Shown here: piece after piece, positions 1-14,440 of the stretch
How the letters are laid out: every line of letters begins with the position of its first letter
How positions within the stretch are numbered: position 1 is the stretch's first letter
From: Octopus sinensis
Lineage: Eukaryota
Assembly: GCF_006345805.1 (NCBI RefSeq)
Contig: NC_043015.1
Span: forward strand, 27,032,001 to 27,096,000
Direction of reading: 5' to 3'
DNA length: 64,000 bases
Made by a program: the position numbers and the translations under genes
Notes under the pieces: generated by a model
Seen by the model: only the letters and a program-made list of their open reading frames with translations
What the model was told of the DNA's origin: nothing
The model's database searches: none

Positions 1-1228
1 TTATTGTCATAGTCAGCTCCTAACAATAACACGCAACTTAATGATTTCATTCTCACGCGCCTTATACTTGTATCAGTCTAATCACTCTACATACGCAGGC
101 GCACCATGGCCGAATGATTAAGGTGATTACATCGCAACCAGAAAGTTCCGCGTTCGATGAGGCATCTTAAGAAAATATCATTTTCTATGTACTTCAATCG
201 ACCAATACTTTGTGACAGAGAAAACTGTAGAGAAGCCCGCCGGATTAATCTTCTAATTGAAAAATTACAACTTGTGATACTGATTCTGGCAGAGGATAAA
301 GTTAAGGGTGCTTGCGTCTGTGGAATACTCAACCACTTACACGTTAATTCACGAGCAGATAATTCAGTTAATCAACAAATTAATCTTCATCGTCGAACGA
401 CTGAGATCCACCACCATATTATTTCAAAGGTCACTAAATAAAGAAAGCTGTTTTGAACATTGTGCGTATCGGCAAACTATCCGAGCGCGCACGTGCGTGT
501 ATGTGTACATTATGTATGCATATGCATGAATGTATGTATGCATGCATGTATGTATAGATGTATTCATAGGCACTGGCATGGCCATGTACTTGAGGAGTTC
601 GCTTCTCAATTCCATGGCTTCCCGGTTCAGTCCCATAGCACGGCAAAATGCGAAACTGAATCTTGACCCACCAATGATTATGAATGAATTTGGCTGACAG
701 AAATTGTGAGTAATTCCGTCGTTGCCATAGTAACGAAGCTAAAGCATGCAGAGTGAAGCCGCTTGGCAAAGATTGACCTTGAACTCTGCTATCAAAAGCC
801 ATGGGAGACACTATCTGGTACTGCATCAGGGCCTTGGAAAGGAAAATAAGGGTAGAAGTGAACGTTTTGTCTTCTAGCCAATTTGCTGAAAGATGGATGA
901 AAGTGGCGAAAATGGAGAGAGCGAACGGGCCTGTCCTGAGCATGTGCCTGTGGGTGGACAAAAAGGAAAGGAAAAAAGGCATCTGCTCCGAAAGTCAGGG
1001 TATACATGGATTTTTTTCTGCAGGTTTTCCATGAGCAGTCTTCGAATGTCTTCTCCCTATTGAGGCTCACATATTGCTGAATTCTAAAATTTTGTTGGTC
1101 TTGTTTACACGAAAAACACACGCAACAACACACACTCACACACATACACAACACACACATTCTTTGCTTTTTCCATGCCATCCATGTTTTTCTTAATGTA
1201 AACCCTTGTGGTTAATAAAGAAATCATT

Positions 1229-1423
1229 AGCAGCAGCAGCACCAGCAGCAGCACCAGCAGCAGCAGCAGCAGTAGTAGTGGTAGTAGTAGTAGTAGTAGT
1301 AGTAGCAGCAGCGGCAGCAGCGGCAGCAGCGGCGGCAGCGGCAGCAGCGGCAGCAGCGGCAGCAGCGGCAGCAGCGGCAGCAGCGGCAGCAGCGGCAGCA
1401 GCGGCAGCAGCGGCAGCAGCACA

Positions 1424-1458
<35 letters not shown>

Positions 1459-1460
1459 TA
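1229..1460. repeat. Compound trinucleotide microsatellite (CAG/TAG/CGG-CAG-CAG)
   Basis: Direct reading; the overlapping poly-Ala, poly-Ser and poly-Leu ORFs are by-products. Confidence 0.95.
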
Positions 1461-2039
1461 AATGATGATAATGATTTCTTCTAACAAACTTCGTTTCTTT
1501 GTCATCAGCACCATATTAAACATCGTTACCAATAACCATTATCATAATGGTCGACTTAATCGGAGCCATTATTTCGAAAATGAGATATTGGTGTATTTTT
1601 TCGGTGCAACCTCAAAACAAGAATCGTCAAGAAACTCTACGATGAATTATCTTTCATTTGAGTCACGAACTAATTAAAAGCATAACGAATTCTATGGCTG
1701 ACATGCATGTTTCAACCGAGGATATACATACGTACGTATTAATATCACTTATATATAGGTACATACATGCATACGTACGTACATACACACTCATACATCA
1801 CAAAGACGTACATTGGTACAAATATATTTACACAGATCATTTACACATAGATACATACATAGAAATGAACAGAGGCATACGCATAAACTCGAGTAAGTGT
1901 AACCATAGATGTGTACGTATGCTGCGTGCGTGTGTATGTATTTGTATACATCTATGTCTATATGTATCTTGTGTACATATGCATATATGTATGTATATGT
2001 ATATATACATACATAGATATATATATTTATACATATATA

Positions 2040-2298
2040 TATATATATATACGTATATACATATATATGTATATGCACACACACATATATATATACATAC
2101 CAACTTTCTCACCCATATAAATATATATATGTGTGTGTGCGAATATATGTTTATGTGTATGTGTATATATATATATATTATATATATATATACGTATATA
2201 CATATATATGTATATGCACACACACATATATATATACATACCAACTTTCTCACCCATATAAATATATATATGTGTGTGTGCGAATATATGTTTATGTG

Positions 2299-2320
<22 letters not shown>
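2040..2320. repeat. 141-bp tandem duplication inside TA/CA low-complexity DNA
   Basis: acgtatatac...caactttctcaccc block starts at 2051 and again at 2192. Confidence 0.85.
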
Positions 2321-2338
<18 letters not shown>

Positions 2339-3270
2339 TATATGTGTATGTGTCTATATTTATATATGGGTGTGTGTGTATATGTACATTGATGTGGGTG
2401 TAGCTTCTGTTTATTAATGTGTGTATATTTCTACAACATATTTTCAGCTAGAAAGCATATATAACGTCTATGTATTTATTATACACGTTTCAATATTTAT
2501 TTCTTTATATCTATGTATGCATAACTAGACACACAGAATAAACACTCGAACACAAGGGCACACACACACACACGCATATAAGGATGCAACACATCAATTG
2601 GTTTCTTATTTTATTCTTCATAACCTCCTTACCTTTTAGTCTTTTTCGTTCTCTTTCCCCCTCTTACTCTCTCACTCTCTTTTTCTCTCTCCTCCCTCTG
2701 CTAATATACATGTACCATATAAATAGACATACTACAAAGACACGTGAGAGAAAGAAAGAGAGAGAATATGATATAAGTAATATACAGAGGCACGCATGTA
2801 TCTTTCTAATTATCTGCCATATTTAATGAAATATCGACTCTCTGCTTAATAGCAAGAATATTAGTTTGCATGCGATGATGCCTGTTGCATGCAAGCTGAT
2901 ACACAAATCTGTTCTTGATAGCGTTCCTGTTGTTTAGAACGCTTTTGCCGTTCTTGTTGTTGGTGGTGTTGTTGTTTTCGCTGTTGAGATTTTTCTGTTT
3001 TTTTTCTTTTTAGTCAACATTTTCACCAGCAACATTAAGAACGCAGAAACGCACAGATCTCACGTAAATGTATTTGCTATATCGCGAGGGCGGCGGCTGA
3101 CATGAAATGCCGTTGGAAAATTAGCATGAAATAAAGTTGATAGTATAGTGATAAATGCATCCGTATTTATTCGTATGTATATATAAATGAGTGTGTAAAT
3201 ATATACATAGATATATCTGTGTATATTCCATTTTTCGCACATACATACAAATATTCGTACATATGTCTGT

Positions 3271-3318
<48 letters not shown>

Positions 3319-3907
3319 TCTTATAAACATGCACATATGGATGTATAAGTTTGCATATTTGTATGTATATATCAACGAACATACAAACATATACATATAT
3401 ACATATATACACGCATATGTGTATGTCTGTATGCACATATATTTATATATAAATATATACATACATATTTATGTGTGTGTGTATAAGCATCAAGTGTGTA
3501 TGTACGTAGACATGTATAAATATGTGTGGGAATATGTATCTACATATATGTATGTATATGTGTGCGCGTGTGTATGTGTATACGCATACACACACACGTT
3601 TGGTGTGTATAGCGAAAGACATCAGTTATTAGGTCAGTCTATTGCTGGTCAGAATTTAGTTTTCGGTAGACTAGAGAAATATATTGAAAAAATATAGTGA
3701 CAAAACACTAATTATACTAAATCTTATTCATCTCAGCCATCGAAGCGAGAGTTGTATGGGCTGCTGTTGCTGGTTTTCGTTACTGTGATACAAAGGGGAT
3801 CTTTCAAACCTTGCGTATGATTGTCAGCCGGTAACTATCATATATGTATAGTTTTTTATTAAACTTTATTATGTGGTTTTTCAAGGTGGTTTTTACGCTG
3901 GCCCCTA

Positions 3908-5071
3908 TTGCATATGCAGGTTCAAGGTGCAGCCATTGGTGTAGGTATAGCTGGAGATGTGGCTGGCCTCTTCATGACCTGGTGGGACAGAAAATTTAAA
4001 CAAATGTTAGCAGAACAGTCCACAACTCTTCTATTCTACAGTAGATATGTAGATGACATAAACATAATAGTTAGGACCAACTCTAGTGACGGTAATGTAG
4101 AGACTGAGAAGAACATAATGGAGAGCATCCAGCAAATAGCTAACTCCATTCACCAAAGTATCAAGGTAACTATAGATTATCCCACTAAGAACCCTAACAA
4201 TAGACTCCCTGTACTTGATACTAAACTTTGGTTACTGAATGTGAACAATAGAGTGCAGCTCCTCCACTCTTATTACAGGAAACCTGTAACTTCAAAATAT
4301 GTTGTTCACAAAAACTCAGCTTTGTCACACAACATGAAAATTAACATACTAATAGCAGACCTAGTTAGAATAATGAACAATGTGCCCCCACTATGCTACC
4401 CTATGAAATGAAGAAACATATACAGAACTTCATACACTGCATGCAGTTCTCTGGATATGATCAGAAAGATAGGGTTCGTGTATACAGGGGGGCTAGAAAG
4501 AAATTAGATAACATTATACGTAATGGCACCTGCCCTAGATATAGAAACAAAGAATGGAATAGAATACAAAGAACTTGTGACAAAGCAAACAGGACAAACA
4601 CGTGGTATAAAACCGACAAATATCAAGGAGTGATGTTTGTAGAGGTCACAGCCCATGGAGAACTAGCCCGTAGATTTAGAAAAGCTCTGAAGGAGACCAA
4701 ACTCAGCATAAAAATTGTTTAAAAATGCATGGTATGTAGAATTAGCCCTGGTATTAACTGTAGAACTCGAAACGTAGTTTACAGCATAAGATGCATAGAA
4801 GGTGCTTGTAGGGACATGAACATGATGTACAAAAGGGGAGACGTCTAGGAGCATTGCGGAACGGATAAATGAACATCTAAGACAATATGACGACAGAAAA
4901 CAGTCCTCCATACTCTACTAACATGCCAAAGACCACCATGGAGGTAACTTGGGTCAACTTGACATCCGCATCTTATCCAAGCACCCAAAAGACCCAACAC
5001 TCAGACAAATACGGGAGTACGTCCTTATAAATGAAACCGCCCCAATATTAAATAGGAAATATACACAATAA
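3908..5071 (+). mobile_element. 5'-truncated, frameshifted Penelope-like element (RT core, thumb, GIY-YIG endonuclease)
   Basis: QVQGAAIGVGIAGDVAGLFM...RYVDDI (RT motifs B/C) in ORF 3908-4411. From 4753 the frame reads NCRTRNVVYSIRC..Y/GETSRSIAERINEHL..HAKDHH..RQIRE..LIN..PILN, with one frameshift and one TAA. Confidence 0.9.
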
Positions 5072-6006
5072 ATACCATACCTCCATACCCACAGTTTACG
5101 CAAGTAGAATAGAATAGTTAGTGGACTGTCAGGTAGACAAATGTATGTATGTATGTGGGTGTGAGTGTGTATGTATGCCTTTTTTTATATTTTTATTTTT
5201 TAATCATTATTATTTTTTATTTTTTAGTTTTTATCTCTGTATGTAAGCATTTAGATATGTAATTAAACAGATCTATATACAGATGGATAGACTATATGAC
5301 TATATGAACAGACACATATGGAGACACGGATCCACACATATAAAGATACACATCCATACATACAAACATGGTACATAGTTACATAACACACACACACACA
5401 GACATGCACACACAAGGAGACAGAGGTGCATACATATACAAACACATGCTCACATACACATACATAGAAAATACACAAACACGGACAGGCAAGCACATAA
5501 ATATGCAGGATACGTACATACAGATGCACACACATACATATATATGCATACACACACATGTATACATACATACACATGCAAATACACACACACACATACA
5601 TACGTACATGAATGCATGTATAGGCACGCACACATACTGACCCACTGACCCACACACATGCGCACAAACAAAAGAGAACGCAGTGTAAATAACGGACAGA
5701 GTCAAAACTATTGAAAATTTTAGAAAATAAAAATAAGAAATAAGTGGAAATTTTTCCGGTGTGTGTGTTAAATAATAAGGTACTAAAAGAGAATGACTCT
5801 CCCCAGACACAACAGAATATGCTTCAACACACGAACTCATATAAAGAATCTTGCAAACCAAATCCAAAAACGAAATATATATATATATATATATTGTCTG
5901 GTTTACAAAGCCACATCAGACGCCATGATGGATCTAAGGTGTAGGTACAAGAGGTGGTCAGACTGTATAAGGAGTCGACAACATCAAATACATACATACA
6001 TACATA

Positions 6007-6077
<71 letters not shown>

Positions 6078-6104
6078 CATAAATACACTATATACATACA
6101 TACA

Positions 6105-6586
6105 TAGGAGGTGTATTCCACAAGTTTAGAGACGTTTTAGAAGAGGCAGTTATAACTGTCTGAGATTAATATATGTCTAATAAACCAACCTACCAACTTT
6201 TGTAACTCCATATTAACAGAGACAGCGGCAACATCACTTTGAATCCACCTTGCTAAACTCTGCTGGTCACAGCTGACTATTTTACAGAGAGGTGTCTGGT
6301 CGCGAAGACAATTTGGAAGCTGGTTATGCATTAAATGTTTTTGTGTCAAAACGCCGAAAAACGTTTAAGAAAATTATGAAAGACTCCCCACTGATCTTGG
6401 ATTAACTTTTATGAACCAAGTCTCCGTTTTTCGCTGCCCCAAGAGGTTTAATAACTGTACAGAAAAGATGAGAGACGATGAGAGATATAGGAGGGAGCAA
6501 GAGGTCAGAGCCACAGAACTGGTTGAGATAAAGCGTAATTTTCTAGATGAAGATCGTCGTGGGTCTATAAAGACAATATGCAAACT

Positions 6587-6625
<39 letters not shown>

Positions 6626-6760
6626 ATGCATGTTTTTATGGATGGATTTATGTACGTGTGTGCGTGTGTGTGTGTGTATGGTATTTTGCATTTTTTCCGT
6701 TGATATTCGTGCAAACTTGATAAGTATCCGCACCAAATTCACACAATCTATCAAAAAGCT
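6105..6760 (+). mobile_element. Degenerate mariner (Tc1/mariner) transposon 5' part, interrupted by a microsatellite
   Basis: TA followed by GGAGGTGTATTCCACAAGTTT, a mariner-like TIR. Peptide SVFRCPKRFNNCTEKMRDDERYRREQEVRATELVEIKRNFLDEDRRGSIKTI resembles the mariner HTH region (VF.WHKRF..GRE.V.DDER.GR....R...DRR.SI). Confidence 0.55.
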
Positions 6761-7500
6761 CCCACGAAATTCAAATCATTATCAAAGTCTTCTTTTCCAT
6801 CAATTTTGATTGTTTTTTCCTCCTATTTTTTTTATTATTGATTCTCCGTTTGCTTCTCTTTCGCTCAAATCTAATGTTTTAATCTTCAACATTTTAATTT
6901 TGTGTATCATACAATCATTCCTTGCAACAAATATTCCGTTTTAATGTTGCACCAACACAACATATGCGACAACAACAAGAAGAGCCACAACAACAAGTAC
7001 AATACTTTGGCTGCCTGTCATCAACCATCAAGACAGAATCGCTTCCCTCGCTGCTGCATTCTTTCCATCTTTTGTTGTTTTCGTTGTTGTTTTTATTTTG
7101 GTAATGCTAATCACTGAATTCTTTATTCCGTTTCAGTAATTCTTGATTTCTGTGGAATAGTGAAATTAGTTTGGTTTGCATATGGATATTTATTTGCATA
7201 CGTTTATGTATAACATGTCTGTTAGTCTATGGAGGCAACTCTGTACACACACACACGCACACAGACACATACGTACATAACTGCATACATACATATATAC
7301 ATACATAACTGCATACAAATACACATAATTGTGTATGTGTTTGTGTATGTATGTCTATGTATATACGTGTGTGCGTTTTTATGTGTACGTATGTATGTTT
7401 ATATGTATGTACACATGTTTACATATATGTATAAATATATATATATATATCATATATATATACGTATATTTATACATTTGTGCATAAGTGTGTACGTCTG

Positions 7501-7536
<36 letters not shown>

Positions 7537-7606
7537 CATAGAGACATATAGACACACATATACGCATAACTTATATATATATATATATATACATATATAC
7601 ATATAT

Positions 7607-7662
<56 letters not shown>

Positions 7663-7966
7663 CACGCATATACGCACAAAGAGACGGAAAGACACACACA
7701 CACAGATGTATGTCCATGTATATATATGCGTCATTATGCACGCGTGTGTGTGGTGTGTCAGTGTGTTTGATGTGTGCGTGCGCGTTTCTGTCTCTCTCTA
7801 CATCTGCCAATTTGTATGAATTCTATTTACGTGTTTATATATTAGTATCTTTGTGGTGTATACATACATAGTATATATATGTATGTGCATATCTATATAT
7901 ATATATATAGAGAGAGAGAGAGGGGGGGAGAAAGAAAGAATCAGACTGACAGACCGACAGACCGAC

Positions 7967-7999
<33 letters not shown>

Positions 8000-8058
8000 T
8001 GCAAGAGAGAGCGAGAGACTGAGATAGGTATTTTATGCGTGTGCGTGTGTGGTGTATA

Positions 8059-8099
<41 letters not shown>

Positions 8100-8254
8100 T
8101 ATATATATACACATACACATATATATATATATAGAGAGAGAGAGACGCACACACACTTAGATAGATACATACATATATACATATATATATATATGCATAT
8201 GTTTATGTATGTATGTGTGTGTGTGTGTGTGTGTTGTGTGTGTGTGTGTGGTGT

Positions 8255-8297
<43 letters not shown>

Positions 8298-8531
8298 CTA
8301 TTCGGTGCAAGTACCTGTTCTTTTGCATCTCCGTATGTATGAATATATTTGTTCATATTTTTGTCTCTGCATTTAACAAAGTGTGTGCATGTGTATAGTG
8401 GATGCGGAGGATGGTTTTGGAGATGGTTCAAAGTGTATGCATGCGTATTCCTATGAATGCGAGATTTTTGTGAGACTGAGAATATGTGCGCAAACTTGTA
8501 TGTATGTTTTAAGTATGTGTGAATGTGTGTG

Positions 8532-8617
<86 letters not shown>

Positions 8618-9062
8618 TCTTGCAAGTATGTATGTATGTATGTATGTATGTATGTATGTATGTATGTATGTATGTATGTATGTATGCATGTATGAATATG
8701 CTCGTAAATTCGTATGTATGTGCTTTTCTATACCGCTTAAAATTTCTAATGTGTATTGAATGTACATATGCACACTTCTCTGTGTTTATGGATATATACA
8801 TGCTTGCATCAATCTGATGATGTATATGTAAATTACTATGCATGTATTTATGCACACATGCCGTACGTATGGTTTGTGTATGGGCTTATATATGTATGCT
8901 TGTATGCATGCATGTGTGTATGTATAGATGGATGGATAGATGCTTGTAAGCATGAATGCCTGTATGTATTTATGCGTCTATATCTGTATGAAACTATGTA
9001 TATTGTGTGTAAGTATGCATATGTATGAACGCATGTCTTTAGGACTGTTATACGATGCATGC

Positions 9063-9099
<37 letters not shown>

Positions 9100-10379
9100 G
9101 TATGTATGAATGTATGTATGAATGTATGTATGAATGTTTACATGTTCGTATGTACGTATGTATGTATGCATAAATCAGTATATCTCTAGGTGTATACTTC
9201 GTGTGTATCTGAACGTCCGCCACAGGAATTGTAAACGAATATGTTTCCCTAGCTTTAAGATTGTTTGTTTAAGCAAAATTTTTCTAGGATAATTTGAAAG
9301 CAATAAGTAAACATATTGTGTTATTTTCTGAAAATTGGTTTGAACAAGACGAATGTCTTACAAGTAGTCATTTATTTATTCCTTTGTTTTATTTATTTTG
9401 TAATTTATTTTTGTATTTTAACCTTTATTTTGAAAACTAAATGCAACAGACAGGAGGATGAAATATATCCGACATGTGACTATGTATGTATGATGTATGT
9501 GTGAGTGTGTATGTGTGTGTGTATAATATATATACCGAGAACATCATCATGGTTATCATGATGGTTTGTCTAGTTTCATAGAATAACATAGAATCCTCGC
9601 CAAACTGCTTTCTCTGCCTCTGTCTTTCCTGTTTGAATGCCTGTATGTATTTATCTCTTTGTGCCTCTTGAAGCAATTGGCAATATATGGAATAAATGGC
9701 AGCATTCTTTACCGTCACGGACGTTATGGATGTTCAAATTTTGCCGAGTTCAATAAATAATAAAGTACCAGTTGAAAACTGAAGTCGAGTTTAGTGACGA
9801 GAAGTGAGTAGATGGCTAAGGCATAATGGTTTTTCAAGGCAAGCGCTGAATGGAAGACTAGAGGAGATAAAATAAATTACAACACCAGAGGATCATCTTA
9901 GATAATCGGTTAAAATGAACGGAGGCTGACAGACATGCCGTGGATCCAAGTGCAAAGAAAAGCAACGGATGTTTACTGTAGAGGAGAAACCTGTTTCACT
10001 GAACGGCTATCATGATGACGACTACGACAATGGTGGTGGTCGTCGTCGTTGTAGGAGTGGTGGTCATCGTGGTGAAGTGGTGGTGGTTGTGGTGATTATG
10101 TTGATTGTTATGGTTTGTGATTGTGATGATATATTGATGTGTGTTGTATGAGGTGGCCGTTTAGCGAGACACTGAATAACGTGAGGTTTTGCATTATGAG
10201 GTTGTTAAGCGGAACACTAAGCTGGTTTGGTGCTGTGATAATATTTAGGATAAAGTGAGGCACTGTACACATCCTGTATATTTTGTTATGTCTCGTTATA
10301 TTGTGATTGTATTGTATTTTATGGAACATTGTGGTGTTGTTATATATAAATATTATAGAGAAGTGTTTATTGACAAACA

Positions 10380-11110
10380 ATGTTAATCTGTAACAGATTA
10401 ATCTTGCCCAAAATGAAACATGGGAAACGGTACGAAATGAAGAAAGAGCAAACACCTCAAAGCAAGAGACACAACAATCAATTTAGCCTAAGCAGCATAG
10501 AAAGCCTGAGCAGTATTTGTAACACAATGTATTTTCTGCTTCCCGTGACGCGAGAAAATAACCAAAACCGCCGCAGAGTTGCAGAAGTGCTGTTGTACAG
10601 GCTGAAGTTATGGCCGTAAAGATCAGTTATTGATCAACAAAGCCATAACTGAGGACATTTAGGTAGAAAAAGAATATAATAAATTGATTGCAAGAAATCT
10701 TTTGACAGTGGCTCCCTCTGGTGAATTGCAGAAACATTAGCCAAGAGGAAGATAACACCAATAACAAGCAAGTTACGTCATGCATGCCACAAATAAATGA
10801 AACACAAATTTATAGATGCAAAGCAAAAGAAAAATGGTTATAGATAGATAAACGATTTGTATTAGATGAGAGATGTTCTCACGAGACTGCTTTTTCGCCG
10901 CTCCTTTTCTGTCTGGTGCTAACGTATTTAAAAGACACAATACGGATATGGATCGAGATCACAATCGACCATCTCTGATGAATGGAATGGCTTGGAGCTC
11001 TACTGCAGATGACAAATAATTGGAACCATTGATATATATGCTGCACAGATTGAGTGAGAAAACTGGCATGGAAATCGGTTTGGACGAATTTGCGCCAAGG
11101 CAATCTTGAA
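10380..11110 (+). pseudogene. Heavily decayed R4/Dong-like non-LTR retrotransposon RT fragment
   Basis: Across frames: SYGRKDQLLINKAITED, DCKKSFDS, FSPLLFCLVL, TIDHL, LSEKTGMEIGLD. Order and spacing match R4/Dong RT (GCKDQLLI..; DYKKAFDSV; LSPLLFCL; INHLLYMDD; DIGMEFG). Confidence 0.7.
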
Positions 11111-11735
11111 GACCAATTAATAGAAGAGAAAACAGTAATATTAAGTTAGATAAAGAAACCGAGATAAGATCACTGGAATAAATACTTGTTTAGTGTAGAA
11201 ACACAAGTCTTACATGGAGAAATGAAAGAAAATTATAAACATTCTTATATACTGAAGTAAATTTAAAAATCAATGGAATAGGTAGGAAAAAAATTAGTTA
11301 TTCCAGTTATAAGCTACTACTACAATATTGTCAGCATGAAGTTCTATGAATATGAGAATAGTGGAAGATAAACGAGGAATCTATTGACACTAAAAGCTTA
11401 TTTTTACCATGAACACTTAATAGAAATGGTCTTAAGAGAAAATTATTAAGAAATATTTAATATCTGACATTAACAACTCCAGTAAAATATAAGAAGTAAC
11501 TAATATAATAACTACAATTTATTAATACCACCCAAAAATATTTTCCACTTTCAGAATAATTAGTAAAAAATAGAGAAAGAACAGAATTTCAACGAAAAAC
11601 TTGAGGGGAAACTAAATATTAGAGCATGGCGTTATGTAAAGGTATGAGGAGAGGAATGTACACAAAGATGTACACAAAGCTAGATACACTGTCTATCTAT
11701 TTATCTATCTACCTATATACATATGTACATATATG

Positions 11736-11771
<36 letters not shown>

Positions 11772-11908
11772 GGTGTGTGTGTCTATGTATGTATATATAT
11801 ATGTGTGTATGTATATATGTATATATATGTATGTATACAGAAAAGCAAAAGACGAAGAAGACAGGTATATAAACAATATATATGCACATATATATATATA
11901 TATATAAC

Positions 11909-12625
11909 GTATGGCTCACCACTTCACCCTACGTGGATACCCCCTCACCACTATCCACACCGCCCTTGCCAGAGCACGGTCCGTGGACCGTGTATCTGCT
12001 CTCTCTCCCCGAACCCGCCCTGTAGTCTCCCGCCTCCCTTTTCCCCTCACTTACCACCCCACGACCCTACCTCTCCAACGCACCATTCTTCGAGCTTTCC
12101 GTCATCTCCAGTCCGACCCGTCCACTTCACACCTCTTCCCTAACCGACCCCTCCCCTCTTTCAAACGAGCCCACAACCTTCGAGACCTTTTGGTCTATAG
12201 CTCCTTCCCTGACCCTACCTCCCAACCCGGCTCGTTCCGCTGCTCCCGCCCACGTTGCCGCACTTGTCCTTACCTCTCCAACACCACCCTCCTCACTAGC
12301 ACCCATCATCGACCCTATCCCATCATCCACTCCTTCACCTGCACCTCCAGCAATATTATCTATTGCGTCTCTTGCTCTCTCTGCCATTCCTTGTACATCG
12401 GACAAACGGGACGCCGCTTGGCTGACCGGTTCGCGGAACACCTTCGTGACATCCACCTTGCGAACGACACTCCGGTCTCACGCCATTTCCGCGCCACGGT
12501 CACTCCTTGCAACACCTATCTGTGTTCGGTTTGTCCCAACACAGAGGCCATCCGGATTCCCGTTTGCGCCGTGAACAGTAATTAATCTTCTCTCTTCTCT
12601 TCGCGCTACGCCATTGGTCTCAACT
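11909..12625 (+). mobile_element. Penelope-like element 3' fragment (Neptune-type Cys linker plus GIY-YIG endonuclease)
   Basis: ORF 11911-12585: RGYP..LTYHP..FKRAHNLRDLLV..CSRPRCRTC..FTCTSSNIIYCVSC..C..YIGQTGRRLADRFAEH..VSRHF, continuing by frameshift to R..EQ.LI...GLN. Confidence 0.92.
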
Positions 12626-12894
12626 CCCCCCCCTCCTCATCTAACCCACCTCCCTCCCTCCCCTCCTCACCTACCTTTCCCCCCCCCCGACCCCTACTTC
12701 TTCAGTCCTTCATCCTTTCATCCCTACTCCCCTTTCCTTCTTCCCTCTTTCTCCCTCCTTCCCTCACTCCCTTCTCTCTCCCCCTCTCCCTCTTTCCTCC
12801 CCTCCTCCTCCCCCCCTCCTCTCCTCCCCTCCCCCTCTACTCCTCTCTCCACACTACACACCACACGACTTTACACATCACATCATATATGATG

Positions 12895-13272
12895 TGCCAT
12901 TTAATACATACACCAACTAATACATACTAATACGTACTAATACATACTAATACATACTAATACATACACCAACCCTATACATACACACGTCCAGACCTCT
13001 CATACGCACTTATACTCTCTCATACACACACACACACCCTTATACATACTAATACGTACTAATACATACTAATACATACTAATACATACACCAGCCCTAT
13101 ACATACACACGTCCAGACCTCTCATACGCACTAATACTCTCTCATACACACACACACACACTTATACATACTAATACATACTAATACATACACCAACCCT
13201 ATACATACACACGTCCAGACCTCTCATACGCACTAATACTCTCTCATACACCACACACACACACACACACAC
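12895..13272. repeat. About three copies of a 100-120 bp CA/TA-rich minisatellite
   Basis: cgtccagacctctcatacgcac recurs near 12989, 13110 and 13211. Confidence 0.85.
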
Positions 13273-13450
13273 CCTATGTTGGAGCCGGTCATTCAACCCT
13301 ATTATCAACCCTATTATCTTCCCTTATTTCGTTCTCGCGTCTCATGTTTGATCTTTGACCTCTGGCCGAAATCAGATCGCCATGTTGATTCGTTAGTTAC
13401 TGCACGCATTTTTTCTCTCCTTCTTTCTGTGTTTTTGTTCTCTCTGTGTA

Positions 13451-13488
13451 TCTTTCTGTTGAAGGGCGTAGGCTCGAAACGTTAAAGA
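13451..13488 (+). ncRNA. Minimal type I hammerhead-like motif with non-canonical core CUGUUGA(A), downstream of the PLE
   Basis: Stem I TCTTT/AAAGA; CTGTTGA+A; stem II GGGC-GTAG-GCTC; GAAA; palindromic stem III ACGT; GUU site. Confidence 0.6.
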
Positions 13489-13585
13489 CTTGTTTTATTT
13501 ATATTTCCTGAGCGCCATACTAATACAATTGTTTGTTTGTTTTCCACCTGCCTTCGTCTTTTGTCTATTTTCATAAAGCTTCCCG

Positions 13586-13621
<36 letters not shown>

Positions 13622-13704
13622 AAGGATGAAAAGGAACACACGAGTTGATATATATGAAAAAACAAGTCAAGATTGAAAATGGTAAAATAATTTTATAAAG
13701 AACA

Positions 13705-13748
13705 TTTCAGTACCGGTTTCAGTCATTTTGAGACCTTTTCAACTGTAA
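13705..13748 (-). ncRNA. Minimal type I hammerhead-like motif with U3-A8 core (UUGAAAA)
   Basis: Minus strand: ttaCAG TTGAAAA GGTC-tcaaaat-GACT GAAA CCGG TA CTGaaa; palindromic stem III ACCGGT; short interrupted stem I. Confidence 0.55.
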
Positions 13749-13907
13749 CGATTAAATAATTAAATTCAGAAAAATTAAAAGAAACATTTTTTTTAAGGAA
13801 TATTTGTATAGTGTTCAAATATAAGTGGCATTTTCCTTGTGTCTGCCTTTCTCTGTCTCTCTTGTTTACACTTGTGGGTTCGAGGTCATTGTGAAGTCTT
13901 GGTAGGG

Positions 13908-14211
13908 AAGAAGAAGAAGAAGAAGAAGAAGAAGAAGGAGAAGAAGAAGAAGAAGAAGAAGAAGAAGAAGAAGAGAAGAAGAAGAAGAAGAAGAAGAAGA
14001 AGAAGAAGGGGGGAGTGCCTTGATTGTCGTATTTTGAGTGGTCAGTGGCGGCTAGCAGCTGCTGTTCAATTCATGAGAATATTTCTATTGAAAGGTTTGT
14101 TTATAGAATTTGCGTAGGTGTTATACTAAAAAGCATTAGTGATAAAGTTAGGAAGTAGAAGGAGGAGAAGAAGAGGAGGAAAAAGACGAAGAAGAAGAAG
14201 AAGAAGAAGAA

Positions 14212-14261
<50 letters not shown>

Positions 14262-14440
14262 CGATGATGATGAGGATAATGATGATGATGATGATGAGGA
14301 TAATGATGATGATGATGAACAAGAAGAAGAAGAAGCAAAAGAAGAAGAAGAAGAAGAAGAAGAAGAAGCAAAAGAAGAAGAAGCAGAAGAAGAAGAAGAA
14401 GAAGAAGAAGAAGAAGAAGAAGAAGAAGAAGAAGAAGAAT
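13908..14440. repeat. (AAG)n and (ATG)n trinucleotide microsatellites
   Basis: Direct reading. Confidence 0.95.

Noticed and set aside
1208-1484. Poly-Ala or Ser-Gly ORFs as structural proteins
   Set aside because: They lie entirely within a compound trinucleotide repeat with no splice or homology support.
9437-9718. Protein-like minus-strand ORF (NAAIYSIYCQLLQEAQRDKY...)
   Set aside because: No recognisable family or convincing splice sites; the segment shares low-complexity words with neighbouring repeats.
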